Shown here in pieces: positions 61,990 to 64,000 of a DNA stretch of 64,000 nucleotides. A program made the position numbers and the translations under genes. Every line of letters starts with the position of its first letter. Within the stretch, counting starts at the first letter, position 1. The notes under the pieces were generated by a model. That model was not told the origin of the DNA and ran no database searches. It was given only the letters and a program-made list of their open reading frames with translations. The DNA comes from Mobula hypostoma (taxonomy: Eukaryota): assembly GCF_963921235.1 (NCBI RefSeq), contig NC_086097.1, positions 92,878,001 to 92,942,000 on the forward strand, read 5' to 3'.

Positions 61990-62380
61990 GAGAGGCAGGA
62001 GGGTTCACATCGATGGGGTCTCAGTCTGGGATCGGGGTGAGGGTAGGGGCTCTGTGAATGGAAATGTGGTGAATGTGGGGGTGGGGACAATGCTTGGGTG
62101 GAGGTCTAAAGGGAAAGGCCTGGATGAGTGGGAAGTGAATTGGCAAACAGGATCTGGAATGGGAGTGTCCAATGCTTGCTTGGTGAAGGGAGGAGCTCAG
62201 AAATGGGCGTGGTGTCTGGGAGTGACTCCAGGTGGGGAATATCAGGAATGAGGTGGGGGGGGGGGGAGATGTCTGGAATGGGAAAAGTGTCCAGCGAATA
62301 GTAAGGTGGGAAATGTTCAGAATGCTGAAGGTGTCTGGGTAAGTGTTGGAAGTCGTGAGGTGTCCGGGGAATGTTAGGTA
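61990..62380. repeat. Degenerate G-rich low-complexity tandem tract
   Basis: Recurrent GGTGTCTGGGA / TCTGGAATGGGA / GGTGGGGA motifs at roughly 20-bp spacing. Confidence 0.5.
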
Positions 62381-62409
62381 ACTGACATTCTAGTGAATAC
62401 AAACTTCTG

Positions 62410-62835
62410 GTCATATGAAGAGCGTTTGACGGCTCTGGGCCCGTAGTCGTCAGAATTCAGAATGAGGGGTGACGTCATCAAGACCTATCAAATGGTGAAA
62501 GGTCTTGATAGAGTGGATGTGGAGAGGATGTTTCCTATGGTGGGAAATTCTAAGACCAGAGGACACAGCCTAAGAATAGACAAGGAGTCCTTTTAGAATA
62601 GACATGAGGTGGAACTTCTTTAGCCAAAGAGTGGTGAATCTGTGGAATTCATTGTCACAGGCAGCTGTGGAGACCAATATTTAACCATACGAATATTTAA
62701 GGCAGAGGTTGATAGATCCTTGATTGGTCAAGGCATGAAGGGATATGGGCGAAGGCAGGAGATTGGGGCTGAGAGGAAAAATGGATCAGCCATGATGAAA
62801 TGGTGGAGCAGACTCGATGGGCCAAATGGCCTAAC
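62410..62835 (+). mobile_element. CR1 3' fragment
   Basis: CATATGAAGAGCGTTTG..AGACCAGAGGACACAGCC..GTGAATCTGTGGAATTC..GATGGGCCAAATGGCCT. Confidence 0.85.
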
Positions 62836-63296
62836 TGGAGCTTTAGCACTAACTGCAACACAACTGCACCATACTGATCGCAATTCCCGAGCATCAGCTA
62901 ATAAAGGACAGTTGACTGTCAATTTAAGAGGCCACGGGCAATTGAAACGTGCAAGTTTTAGGGTGATAAGATATCTCGCAAATGGTGAGGTGCTGTGCAC
63001 AGAATCATTTAATAGCAGGGTGGGAATAGTTTGTCCTCAAAGTAAAACAACTGGGCATATACTATCTATTTTAATTGGGCTGACTGAAACAAAACAAGAG
63101 CAGTCCTATAATTAATGGTTTGTTTTATTTAGCAGAACAGCAATTATATGCATCCAAAGTAAAACTGTCATTAACATTCCAAATGAAGGCGGCTGTATAG
63201 AACTGATAGCACTGGAACAGGCTGTTTGCCCTACAACTCCATGCCAGTGTTTGTGTTCCTGAAGGGTCTTCACCCACCCTTGTTCATCCAGCCCAG

Positions 63297-63655
63297 GTGA
63301 GGTGGCACTGTGGCACAGCTGTGAGGCGTTTGATCCTATTGGCTGGACTGCAGCGGTTACCTGGGTGCTCCCGTTCCCTCCCACATCTGAAAGGCATGCG
63401 GCAGGGGTGCCCAACTGGGGGTCCATGGACCCCTTGCTCAATGGTAGGTGTCCATGGCATAACAAAGGCCGGGGACCTCTCGTGTGTGGATTGATAAGTA
63501 AATTGACCCTTGATGTAGGTGAGAGGTAGATATGGGGAGAGAGTAAAATAAAGAGGGTTTATGTAGGATTAGTGTAAATGTGGTTGATGGTCATCATGGA
63601 CTGAATAGGCCAAAGGGTCTCATTCCATGCTGAATACTGTACCTCTTTGACTCTT
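63297..63655 (+). mobile_element. Old V-SINE-like element with CR1-like tail, containing a small hAT-like MITE (~63402-63480)
   Basis: CTGGGTGCTCCCGTTCCCTCCCACATCTGAAAG; insert CAGGGGTGCCCAAC..GGGGACCTCT with imperfect terminal inverted repeats. Confidence 0.5.
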
Positions 63656-63704
63656 TGTCAATCAGTGTAATCGCTTTCACAATGGAAAAAAAAATCTTGT
63701 TAAG

Positions 63705-64000
63705 TCTTAGGGGGAAGTCATGTCTTATCAACTTGATTGGAATTTTGAAGGCAGTGATAAATAAGGATACAGCTGTGGATGTTGTCTACATGGATTTTGT
63801 TAAGGCGTTGGACAACATCCCTCAAAAATATCCAGTATAAATGATGTATTGATATAGAGGAGATTTACAAGGATGTTGCCTGGATTGGGGAGCATGCCTT
63901 ACAAGAATAGGTTACGTGAACTTGGCCTTTTCTCCTTGGAGCGACGGAGGATGAGAGGTGACCTGATAGAGGTGTGTAAGATGATGAGAGGCATTGATCA
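63705..64000 (+). mobile_element. CR1 RT fragments running off the window end
   Basis: KSCLINL..AVDVVYMDFVKALD; 63860-64000 matches the young CR1 at 19419..20196. Confidence 0.85.

Overview
Eukaryotic, vertebrate-type, retrotransposon-saturated DNA with no prokaryotic genes, rRNA/tRNA genes or CRISPR array. The mix of Rex1/Babar, CR1, Neptune-type Penelope and tRNA-SINE repeats suggests a cartilaginous fish (inference). Most of the window is decayed, nested mobile elements: many Rex1/Babar and CR1 LINE fragments, a near full-length RTE LINE, two Penelope-like elements (PLEs) plus solo and fold-back pseudo-LTRs (pLTRs) carrying minimal hammerhead ribozymes, a decayed Gypsy LTR element, Hero and L1 3' ends, a Chapaev-like DNA transposon and several SINEs. 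The centre holds a 42-bp minisatellite (~26.0-26.5 kb) and a 6.6-kb array of 26-28-bp near-palindromic monomers (~27.05-33.66 kb), and both appear to be expansions from one older degenerate repeat tract. The little unique sequence contains a phase-consistent chain of candidate minus-strand exons (unidentified, probably decayed, one interrupted by Rex1) and two weaker plus-strand candidate exons. All calls were made by eye without database searches. Boundaries of old elements are approximate (tens of bp); quoted target-site duplications (TSDs) and motifs were read directly.
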